From Thermoanaerobaculia bacterium (GTDB lineage Bacteria > Acidobacteriota > Thermoanaerobaculia > Multivoradales > JAGPDF01), in assembly GCA_039932315.1 (NCBI GenBank), contig JBDTQG010000006.1, positions 10,160-74,159 of the forward strand: 64,000 nt of DNA, read 5' to 3'. Shown here one piece after another: positions 48,331 through 56,295 of this stretch. How positions within the stretch are numbered: the stretch's first letter is position 1; every line of letters starts with the position of its first letter. The position numbers and the translations under genes are program-made. The notes below the pieces were generated by a model that saw only the letters and a list, made by a program, of their open reading frames with translations, did no database searches and was not told the DNA's origin.

Positions 48331-50071
48331 GACGCCGCAGAACGAACCAGCCGGCAGCCGCGAGAAGCGCTGCGGCGGTCGCGAGCCCGGTCGGAGAAAG
48401 CGCCGGGATCTCGATGACACCGCCGGTACCTTCGACCACGATCGTCGCTTCGTTGCGCGCCACCTCGACCTCGATCGGGTCGCCGTGCGTGGTCACTGTC
48501 CACCCCTTGGTGACCGCGAGGGCGCGCCAGGCGCGACGATAGAGAAGCACCGCGGTGACCTCGACGTTCGATCCCGCGGGCGTCCCCGGCGGCACGGCGA
48601 ACTCGACCTCGGTCGTGTCAATCGTTCCGGAGGGGATCGTGGTGAGCGAGAAAACGCTCTCGGCATCGATGAACAGGACCGGCATCACCACCGGCCCCTG
48701 CCCGTTGATCCGCCCCTGCAGCACCTTCGCGAAGCCCTTGCCGGGCTGACCGGCGAGATCGCCCGGCTGATCGCCCGGGACGTCGTCCGAGCCCCAGAAC
48801 GGAATCTTCGGACCGGAGACCTGCGCGAGCGGCTGCCCGTTGAGGGTCGCCGTGATCCACAGCATCGCGTTGCGGATCGAGATCCCGGTGGGGAAGTCGT
48901 GCCCGGCGCCGAAGTTGTCGATCGAACTCGTGACCTTGACGTTTCCGGACGGCAGCTGCGCGGCGCTGCTCGTGAGCGCGATGTTCGCCGACAGCGTTTG
49001 CGGCGTCGAGCCGATGAACGTGTGCGCGTGGCGCTGCGCGCTCTGTCGTGTCGGCGCTCCGAATTCGCAGTTCTCGCCTTCGCCCGCGAGGTTCGGCATG
49101 TGGCAGTCCTGACAGACCTTGTAGTTCGGGCCGGGCGTGCCGTACGGCGAGCTCTGCCATTCGAGGAAGGTGTTCTGCCCCGGGGCGTCGGTCGTCGGGT
49201 TGTGGTACTGATGGCAGGAGGCGCAGATCTGGGATTTCGTGTGCAGCAGCGAGTAGGACGGTCTCATCAACGAGAACGTGACGTCGTTCATCGGTCCCCA
49301 GACGTACGAGGCCGTCGAGGCGCCCTTCGATGGAACCGGAAAGCGGTAGGTCGCCTTGCCGCGGTGATGGAGCGCATTGATGTGCGACTCGTCGATCGAA
49401 TCCATCTGATGGCAGGTGACACAGATCACGCCCTGGGCGCCGTTCGGTTCCGTGGCCTCGTCGAGCGGCACGCCCTCGGGCCGCGGATCCTGCAGGTCCT
49501 GCATCGGCGCGTGGCAGGTGGCGCAGAAGCCGGTTTCGCCCGGATCGTGACTGTTCTTGAAGACATAGCCCGCGCTCCCGCCGGGCGTCCCCGTTCCCGA
49601 GAACAGATCGAGCACCCACTTGTTCTGCGCCGTGTAGGCGTGGTGCGAGGTCGTCCACTGCTTGTAACGCTCGAAATGGCAGGCACCGCACTCGGAAACA
49701 TCGGGCGGCACGTAGCTCGGATCGTTCGTCGTCGACATCTCTTCCATGCGGATGTCGATGCCGGTATCTCCGTCGGCGGCCGTCGCGCCACCGATGATGA
49801 AGTTCTGCGGCGCGCTGCGCAGATAGGGAATCGACGCCGCGAGAAAGACCAGGCCCGGCGGGATGCCGGTGAGAGTGAAGCTGCCGTCGGCGGCGGAGAA
49901 AGTGCCGGGAGTCGTCAAGTCGGCCTGGATGTGAACGTAGGCCCCGGCGATCGGCGTTCCCGGCTCTCCGCTGCCTTCGACCCGGACGAGACCGGAGACG
50001 TCCGCTGACGCCGACGTGGCGATCGTCCAGAAGGCGGCAAAAGCGAACGTGCAGATCCGGCTGCGGGCCAT
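48314..50071 (-). CDS. Pentaheme c-type cytochrome with N-terminal carboxypeptidase-regulatory-like domain and PEP-CTERM/IPTL-CTERM-like anchor
   Basis: Start at MARSRICTFAFAAFWTIATSASA. N-terminal CarboxypepD_reg-like β-sandwich (GLVRVEGSGEPGTPIAGAYVHIQ...ADGSFTLTGIPPG). Five CxxCH sites (CGACH, CATCH, CVTCH, CASCH, CQDCH). The C-terminus is IEIPALSPTGLATAAALLAAAGWFVLRRRRAAR*. Confidence 0.7.
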   Translation of the reverse strand: MARSRICTFAFAAFWTIATSASADVSGLVRVEGSGEPGTPIAGAYVHIQADLTTPGTFSAADGSFTLTGIPPGLVFLAASIPYLRSAPQNFIIGGATAADGDTGIDIRMEEMSTTNDPSYVPPDVSECGACHFERYKQWTTSHHAYTAQNKWVLDLFSGTGTPGGSAGYVFKNSHDPGETGFCATCHAPMQDLQDPRPEGVPLDEATEPNGAQGVICVTCHQMDSIDESHINALHHRGKATYRFPVPSKGASTASYVWGPMNDVTFSLMRPSYSLLHTKSQICASCHQYHNPTTDAPGQNTFLEWQSSPYGTPGPNYKVCQDCHMPNLAGEGENCEFGAPTRQSAQRHAHTFIGSTPQTLSANIALTSSAAQLPSGNVKVTSSIDNFGAGHDFPTGISIRNAMLWITATLNGQPLAQVSGPKIPFWGSDDVPGDQPGDLAGQPGKGFAKVLQGRINGQGPVVMPVLFIDAESVFSLTTIPSGTIDTTEVEFAVPPGTPAGSNVEVTAVLLYRRAWRALAVTKGWTVTTHGDPIEVEVARNEATIVVEGTGGVIEIPALSPTGLATAAALLAAAGWFVLRRRRAAR

Positions 50072-50228
50072 CGGGTCAGGTCCTCCGAAGAGTGGGAACC
50101 GGCTCATTCTCCGTCATCGTCCGGGCGCTGGCTAGCCTGCTGCGGCGTTTTCTGCGGCGAGGCCTCCGCCCCTGTTGCCTCCTGCACAGCCCGCGTCCCT
50201 CGAGCGCCACAAAATCCGCCTTACTGTC

Positions 50229-51965
50229 ATGAGAAAACACTGGCTGGTGGCCGTCTTCGTCGCGGCAGCGCCGCTCCTCGCCGAACCGGTCCGGGCCGAC
50301 ATCGGTCTCTCGCTGGCGTATGTCGACCTCGGATCGCCGGCCTACGCGCGTTTCAAGAGCTTCGTCGATCAGGCGGTCGGGGGAAACCCGGGCTATGCCT
50401 TCTCCGCCACGGACGCGGTCTACATGTACAAGCTGACCGGCCAGCCGCAGTATGCGACGCTCGCCATCTCCTGGGTGGAGGATCAGGTGACCGCCGCCGA
50501 GGCGGCGATCGCCAGCAGCCAGAGCCCCGAGATCGCCGGCGACTCCTATCTCGCGGTCGGCGGAATGCTGCGCGACGTGGCGCTGGTCTACGACTGGTGC
50601 TATCCGCTGCTCACCCCGACGCAGCGCACCCGCTGGGCGGCCTACGCCGATCAGGCGGTCTTCAATGTCTGGAACCACGCCACGGCGAGCTGGGGCGGGC
50701 ACCCTTTTCCCTGGTCGGGCTGGTCGGTCGACAACCCCGGCAACAACTATCACTACAGCTTTCTCGAAGCGACGATGTACTGGGGCTTCGCCGGCGACCG
50801 GCAGAACTGGATCGACTACCTCGCGAACACCAAGCTGCCCGCTCTGGTCTCCTACTTCCAGGCGCTGCCCGGCGGCGGGAGCCGCGAAGGCACCGGCTAT
50901 GGCGTCGCTCTCGGCCGGCTCTTCGAGATCTACCGCCTGTGGAAGGACTCGACGCCGACGCACGCCGATCTCGGCGCCCAATCGACGCATCTCGCCGACA
51001 CTCTGGACTACTGGATTCACGGAACGGTACCGACGCTCGATCGCTACGCGCCGATCGGCGATCTCTCGCGCGAGTCCTATCCCTCGCTCTACGACTATCA
51101 CCGCAACCTGGTGCTCGAAGCCCGCGCCATGACCGCCGCGCCCGGCGGCACCGCCGTCGCCGCACGCGCGAGCTGGTGGCTGCACCACATCGCGGTCGAC
51201 GAGATGACGTCGGGCTTCAACTTCCGCGACGACCTCCTGCCGGCCGGCTCGACACAGACGCAACCCACGGCGCTCTTTCATCATGCGACCGGCGCGGGGC
51301 ACCTCTTCGCGCGCCGCAGCTGGGCGACGGACTCGCCATGGATCTCCTTCGTCGCGGGGCCGTACGTCGAATCGCACGCCCATCAGGACCAGGGCGCATT
51401 CAACTACTTCCACAACGACTGGCTGGCGGTGACGGAAAACATCTGGAGCCACAGCGGCATCGAACAGGGAACCGAGATCCACAACACTCTCCGCTTCCTG
51501 AACGGCAGCGCGACGATTCCGCAGACCGAGAGCACTTCGTCGATGACCGTCAGCGACAGCGCCGGCGTGCTGCACGTCGCCGCCAATCTGACTCCGGCGT
51601 ATGCATCTTCCGGGGTCATCAGCAACTGGCAGCGCGCTCTGGACTTCGATTCGACCAGCCTGACGGTGACGGACAACTGGAGCGCGGCCGGCGGCGTGAC
51701 CGCGGTCTTTCAGGTCAACGTTCCGGCGACGCCGAGCGTCACCGCGGGAGTGATCACCGCGGGCGCACTGCGGATCCGCCCGATCACTCCGGCGAACCCG
51801 GCGATTTCGATCGTCAACTGGCACAACGTCGACACCGAGGAGTTCAACTCCGGCTACAAGGTCGAGCTCCGTGGCGGCACGGGAACCTACGTCGTTCGAC
51901 TCGAGTACCTCGGTGGACTGTTCTCGAACGGCTTCGAGAGCGGCAACTTCAACGCCTGGGACTGA
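50229..51965 (+). CDS. Secreted heparinase II/III-like / alginate-lyase-like polysaccharide lyase family protein ending in the tail motif
   Basis: Signal peptide MRKHWLVAVFVAAAPLLAEPVRA. N-terminal α/α-toroid-like region and Hepar_II_III-like β-sandwich (VESHAHQDQGAFNYFHNDWLAV). The C-terminus is LEYLGGLFSNGFESGNFNAWD*. Confidence 0.55.
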   Translation: MRKHWLVAVFVAAAPLLAEPVRADIGLSLAYVDLGSPAYARFKSFVDQAVGGNPGYAFSATDAVYMYKLTGQPQYATLAISWVEDQVTAAEAAIASSQSPEIAGDSYLAVGGMLRDVALVYDWCYPLLTPTQRTRWAAYADQAVFNVWNHATASWGGHPFPWSGWSVDNPGNNYHYSFLEATMYWGFAGDRQNWIDYLANTKLPALVSYFQALPGGGSREGTGYGVALGRLFEIYRLWKDSTPTHADLGAQSTHLADTLDYWIHGTVPTLDRYAPIGDLSRESYPSLYDYHRNLVLEARAMTAAPGGTAVAARASWWLHHIAVDEMTSGFNFRDDLLPAGSTQTQPTALFHHATGAGHLFARRSWATDSPWISFVAGPYVESHAHQDQGAFNYFHNDWLAVTENIWSHSGIEQGTEIHNTLRFLNGSATIPQTESTSSMTVSDSAGVLHVAANLTPAYASSGVISNWQRALDFDSTSLTVTDNWSAAGGVTAVFQVNVPATPSVTAGVITAGALRIRPITPANPAISIVNWHNVDTEEFNSGYKVELRGGTGTYVVRLEYLGGLFSNGFESGNFNAWD

Positions 51966-54216
51966 CCGGGAGCTCCGCGGTCTCCGTCGGCCGGTCCTGG
52001 CCGAAGAGCGCCGGGACGAGCGTGAAGTCGGCGATGACGGCGATCACGATCGCGACGCCGGAGAGAACCCCGAAGCGCGCAGTCGGCGCGAAGTTGGAGA
52101 GCGCGCAGACGCCGAATCCGCACGACAGGATGATGCCCGTCAGCAGATAGGCCGGGGCGGTCTTTTCCATCCGGTCGGCGACCGCGGCGCGCTCTCCCAT
52201 TTCGACACGGAGCTCGCGATAGTGCGCCAGCGTATGGATGGTGTCGTCGACCACGAGCCCGAGCGTGATCGAGGCGACCATCACCGTCGCGATGTCGAGC
52301 GGCACCCCGAACCAGCCCATGCCACCGAGGATGAGCAGCACCGGCCAGAGGTTCGGCGCCAACGCGTAAAACGTGCCGCGCGCGTCGCGGAGCAGGATGT
52401 AGAACGTGAGCGCCAGCACCGGTAACGTGAGGATCAGCGACATCGCGAGCGTGGAGATGAGGTAGCGCTGCATGGCAAGGAGGAGCGGGAACTGGCCCGT
52501 GACGACGACCGCCGCGCCCGGAAGCGTCGTCGCGGCCACTCGTCGCACTTCGGCGATCAGCGGGTCGACGGCTTCGTAGCCCACCGTCGGAACGAAGAGG
52601 GTCAGGCGTGCGCGCGTGCCGTCCGGTGAGAGAAAGCGCTCGAGCGCACGGCGCCCGGCGGCGTCGCTCTCGACCAGCGGCAGCAGACGGGACCGGAGCT
52701 CCGCGGGAGTGAAGGCGCGCGCCATCGGGCTGGCGCGCCCAATGTCGTCCAGCAGATCCGTCGCCGTAACTGCCGAGAAGAGGCCCGGCAGCCGGCGAAG
52801 TTCCGCGGCGAACCGGGCGAGCTGATCGAGCCGTTCGGGGTCGCGGAAACCCGCGCCCTCCCCCGCCGCAGAACTGCCGGAAACGGACAGGACGAGCTCG
52901 ATCGACGACAGCCCGATCCCCTCGGCCTCGACCGCTTCGATGCTGGCGCGTGCGGGATGATCCGGCGCGAGATAGTGCAGCGCGTTGCTCGCCACCACGA
53001 GCCGCGGCAAACCGGTCACCGCGAGCAGCGCGAGACCGCCGTAGATGAGGAGCACCGTACGGCGATGATCCGCGGCGAGATCGGTCAAGCGCCGGCCGAG
53101 CTGCTGCAACCTCCGCTCGAGAACGCGTTCGGGCAGATTCGTTCGCCGCCCCATCGTCATCGCGAGCAGGCAGGGAAGGAGGGTAAACGCCGCTATGCCC
53201 GTGAAGGCGAGGCCGACGCCGGACCAGAGGCCGAGCGTGCGGATCGGCGCAACGGGAGTCGCCGCGAGCGAAAGAAAGCCGGCGAGCGTCGAGACCGTCG
53301 TCCAGAGGAGCGCCCGACTCTTGTCCTTGTAGGTCGCGAGCGTGGCTTCGACCGCGTCGAGTCCTTCGGCCTCGATGTCGCGACACCGCATCATGATGTG
53401 AACGGCCGAGGCCAGAGCGATGACGAAGAGGATCGGCGGCAGGATGGCGAGGACGAGGTTGAACTTCACTCCGCCGTAGCCCATGGCGCCGAGAACAGGG
53501 AGCTCCACCGCGGCGACGAAAACGAGCGGCACGGCGACCGCTGCGAGCTCGCGGAACATCGCCGCCAGAAGCAGTGCGGAGAGGATGAGCAGTAACGGGA
53601 AGTAGAACTGACCGACTTCGCGCGCCGACTCATCGAGCGCGCGCTCGAGCGTTGCCGCGCCGACGACGGACGCCTTCACACCCGCCGGTGGCGACGCCGT
53701 CCGGCGCTCGAGCTCGGCGAGGAGCGCCTCCTGCTCTCTACCCTGACCCGGCGCGAGCTCGACGACGAGAGAGAGCTCACTTCCACTCGCGGTGACGAAT
53801 CCCAGCGCGCGATCGAGATCGTTGGCGCGGAGGAGGGCACGAAAACCCGCCGGATCCGTCGGCGGAAACGTGACGAGCTCCCGGCGATGGTGACCGACCG
53901 GCCCGTTGACGCTCTGCACTCCCGGAATGCCGGCGATCTCGCGCTCGAGGCGGTCGAGGAAAGCGAGCCCATCGGCGCTCCACAGCTGCGTTCCGCCGAG
54001 GACGATCCGCACTCCGTGCCCCGTGCCGAAGCGGGCGACGAAGTCGCGATAGCTCGCGAGATCGCTCGATCCGGCGAGAAAGAAGACCTCGGGAGAGTTG
54101 TCGCTCTGGAGGCGTGCGACACCGGGCAGCAAGGCTGCGACGGCGAGCGCGAAAAACGCCAGAACGAACCGCCGTCGGCGGAGGACGGCTGCGACCAGTG
54201 CGTCGAGAAACTTCAA
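51949..54216 (-). CDS. MMPL/RND-superfamily lipid exporter (HpnN/MmpL-like)
   Basis: Two 6-TM bundles separated by large periplasmic loops, with an RND/MMPL hydrophobicity pattern. Proposed TTG start at 54216 (reading MKFLDALVAAVLRRRRFVLAFF) overlaps the upstream gene stop (TTGA). The track N-terminus is Arg/Pro-rich noise. Confidence 0.7.
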   Translation of the reverse strand: MKFLDALVAAVLRRRRFVLAFFALAVAALLPGVARLQSDNSPEVFFLAGSSDLASYRDFVARFGTGHGVRIVLGGTQLWSADGLAFLDRLEREIAGIPGVQSVNGPVGHHRRELVTFPPTDPAGFRALLRANDLDRALGFVTASGSELSLVVELAPGQGREQEALLAELERRTASPPAGVKASVVGAATLERALDESAREVGQFYFPLLLILSALLLAAMFRELAAVAVPLVFVAAVELPVLGAMGYGGVKFNLVLAILPPILFVIALASAVHIMMRCRDIEAEGLDAVEATLATYKDKSRALLWTTVSTLAGFLSLAATPVAPIRTLGLWSGVGLAFTGIAAFTLLPCLLAMTMGRRTNLPERVLERRLQQLGRRLTDLAADHRRTVLLIYGGLALLAVTGLPRLVVASNALHYLAPDHPARASIEAVEAEGIGLSSIELVLSVSGSSAAGEGAGFRDPERLDQLARFAAELRRLPGLFSAVTATDLLDDIGRASPMARAFTPAELRSRLLPLVESDAAGRRALERFLSPDGTRARLTLFVPTVGYEAVDPLIAEVRRVAATTLPGAAVVVTGQFPLLLAMQRYLISTLAMSLILTLPVLALTFYILLRDARGTFYALAPNLWPVLLILGGMGWFGVPLDIATVMVASITLGLVVDDTIHTLAHYRELRVEMGERAAVADRMEKTAPAYLLTGIILSCGFGVCALSNFAPTARFGVLSGVAIVIAVIADFTLVPALFGQDRPTETAELPVSPRR

Positions 54217-55454
54217 GCGCAGGTCGCCGGACGGGCCGCCATTGCGGCCGGGAGCGGCCAGGCAAGCCGGCTGCAGAGGCGCAGAGATCGGGCGAGCGGC
54301 AGTCCGGCGAAGGGGCGCCGTGCGCCGAGGAGGCCGAGGAAGCCCGAGAACAGAACCGGATCCGCCGAAAGCGCCGCGACCAGGCGCCGTCGCAGCGCCG
54401 GGCGGCGCGCGAGCGCGAGCAGAAGGTACGTCCATCGTTGCGGTAGCGCCGCGAGGTTCGCGGCGCGCCGGGCGTACACCCCGAGGTCTCCCAGTGCGAG
54501 AGCTTCACCGAGTTCGAGCGCGCTCTCGAACCCGAGCGAAAGCCCTTCGCCGGTGAGGGCGTCGACATAACCCGCCGCGTCGCCGACGAGCGCCAGCCGC
54601 CTGCCGGCGGAGACCGTCCCGCGCGTGCGTTGCAGAAAAGGCCCGGCGCCACGATCGCGACCGAGCGCCTCCGCTCCGGCAATGCGCTGCGCGAAGCTCG
54701 CCGGAATCCGCGACGCGAGGAGCTCGTCGAATCCGCCCTTTCCGCCACTCCACAGAATCGCGACGCCGATCTCGTCGGCGGCGAGCGGCGTCACATAGAC
54801 CTCGGCGCGATCGCCGAACGTCACCTCGACATGATCGGACCAGGGCGCGAGACGCAGATGCCGGGTCACGCCGAAGCGGGCGTTGCGCCCGGGCGTTGGG
54901 CTGCGCTCGCCCGGACCGCTGCGACGGGCGCGACCCGCGCGCTCCAGTCCGCTGTCGCGCCGGAGATGCGAGTGCAGGCCATCGGCACCGACGACGAAGC
55001 GGCAGGGCCAGACACGGTCCGCGGAACGCACCTCGCCGCTGCCGGCGGCGAGAACGCGAACGCCCCATTCGAAGGTGACTCCCACCGCGATCGCACGCTC
55101 GTGGAGCGCCGCGGCGAGCTCGGTGCGGCGGACGCCACGGCCGCAGAGACCGTCCGGGAAGGCGGCTTCGGCGACGCACCCGTCGGAGACGTAGCGAATT
55201 CCACGAAACGGCATCGAGCGCGCAGGAAGTGCGACGCCGAGCGCCCGGAGGGCCGCGAGACCGGACGGCATCAGGCCCTCGCCGCAGGCTTTGTCGATCG
55301 GCGGACGCTGGCGATCGACGACCAGGACCGTCAATCCGCGGAGCCGCGCGGCGATGGCGCTCGCGAGACCGACCGGGCCGCCACCGACGACAACGACATC
55401 CTGTGCCGGACCGGTCGACGGCGGCGACGCTTCCGGTGGCTCGTGAATATTCAT
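54213..55454 (-). CDS. FAD-dependent oxidoreductase of the geranylgeranyl-reductase family
   Basis: Start at MNIHEPP. Rossmann motif VVVVGGGPVGLASA. KACGEGL and LALVGDAAGYVDALTGEGL (GDAAG) are GGR-family signatures. Its ATGA overlaps the GT2 stop. Confidence 0.75.
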   Translation of the reverse strand: MNIHEPPEASPPSTGPAQDVVVVGGGPVGLASAIAARLRGLTVLVVDRQRPPIDKACGEGLMPSGLAALRALGVALPARSMPFRGIRYVSDGCVAEAAFPDGLCGRGVRRTELAAALHERAIAVGVTFEWGVRVLAAGSGEVRSADRVWPCRFVVGADGLHSHLRRDSGLERAGRARRSGPGERSPTPGRNARFGVTRHLRLAPWSDHVEVTFGDRAEVYVTPLAADEIGVAILWSGGKGGFDELLASRIPASFAQRIAGAEALGRDRGAGPFLQRTRGTVSAGRRLALVGDAAGYVDALTGEGLSLGFESALELGEALALGDLGVYARRAANLAALPQRWTYLLLALARRPALRRRLVAALSADPVLFSGFLGLLGARRPFAGLPLARSLRLCSRLAWPLPAAMAARPATCA

Positions 55455-56218
55455 CGCCGGAGCTCCGGCGGCTCGCCGGCAAAGCGCAGGAAACGCGGCC
55501 GCGCGAGCCCGGTGCGGGCGAGGAAACCCGCCAGAGCCACGTGCAGCACGCCGAAGCCGTAGCGCAGCGAAGGCAGCAGGGAGATCGACGAGGCCTCGGG
55601 GAAATACTTTGCCGGACAGGAGATCTCGCCGATGCGGAAGCCTGCGGCGAAGCACTGCACGAGGAGCTCGTTGTCGAAAATGAAATTGTCCGAGTTTTCC
55701 GTCAGTGGAAGGCGCTCGAGAACCTCTCGCCGGTAGGCGCGAAAGCCGGTGTGGTACTCCGAGAGCTTCTGCCCGAGGAGCAGATTCTCGACCAGCGTCA
55801 GAACGCGATTCGAGATGTACTTGTAGAGCGGCATGCCGCCGGCGAGCGCACCGCCGCCCAGAATCCTCGAGCCCAGGGTCACGTCGTATTCACCGTAGGC
55901 AATCATCGCCGCCATGGCCGGCACCAGACGCGGGGTGTACTGGTAGTCCGGATGGAGCATCACGATGATCTCCTCCGGACCGGCGAGGGCCGCCGCATAA
56001 CAGCTCTTCTGGTTGGCGCCGTAGCCGCGGTTCGCCGGGTGGAGGTAGGTCTCGATGCCGAGCTTCCGCGCGATCGCCACCGTATCGTCGCCGGAGGCAT
56101 CGTCGACCAGCAGGATGCGATCGACGATCTCACGGTCGATCTCGCGGAATGTCCGCTCGAGCGTCGACTCCGCGTTGTAGGCCGGCATCACGACGCAGAC
56201 GCGCTTTCCCAGGATCAT
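55451..56218 (-). CDS. Family 2 glycosyltransferase (DPM1/polyprenyl-phosphate sugar transferase-like)
   Basis: VCVVMPAYNAESTL...LLVDDASGDDT (DxD-containing GT-A fold N-terminus). Confidence 0.8.
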   Translation of the reverse strand: MILGKRVCVVMPAYNAESTLERTFREIDREIVDRILLVDDASGDDTVAIARKLGIETYLHPANRGYGANQKSCYAAALAGPEEIIVMLHPDYQYTPRLVPAMAAMIAYGEYDVTLGSRILGGGALAGGMPLYKYISNRVLTLVENLLLGQKLSEYHTGFRAYRREVLERLPLTENSDNFIFDNELLVQCFAAGFRIGEISCPAKYFPEASSISLLPSLRYGFGVLHVALAGFLARTGLARPRFLRFAGEPPELRR

Positions 56219-56295
56219 CGCCCGGCCATTCTATTCCCCCGTGTTACGCTCGATTCGATCGCTGCAGAACTGCGCGAACTGGGGGCGATGCCGTC

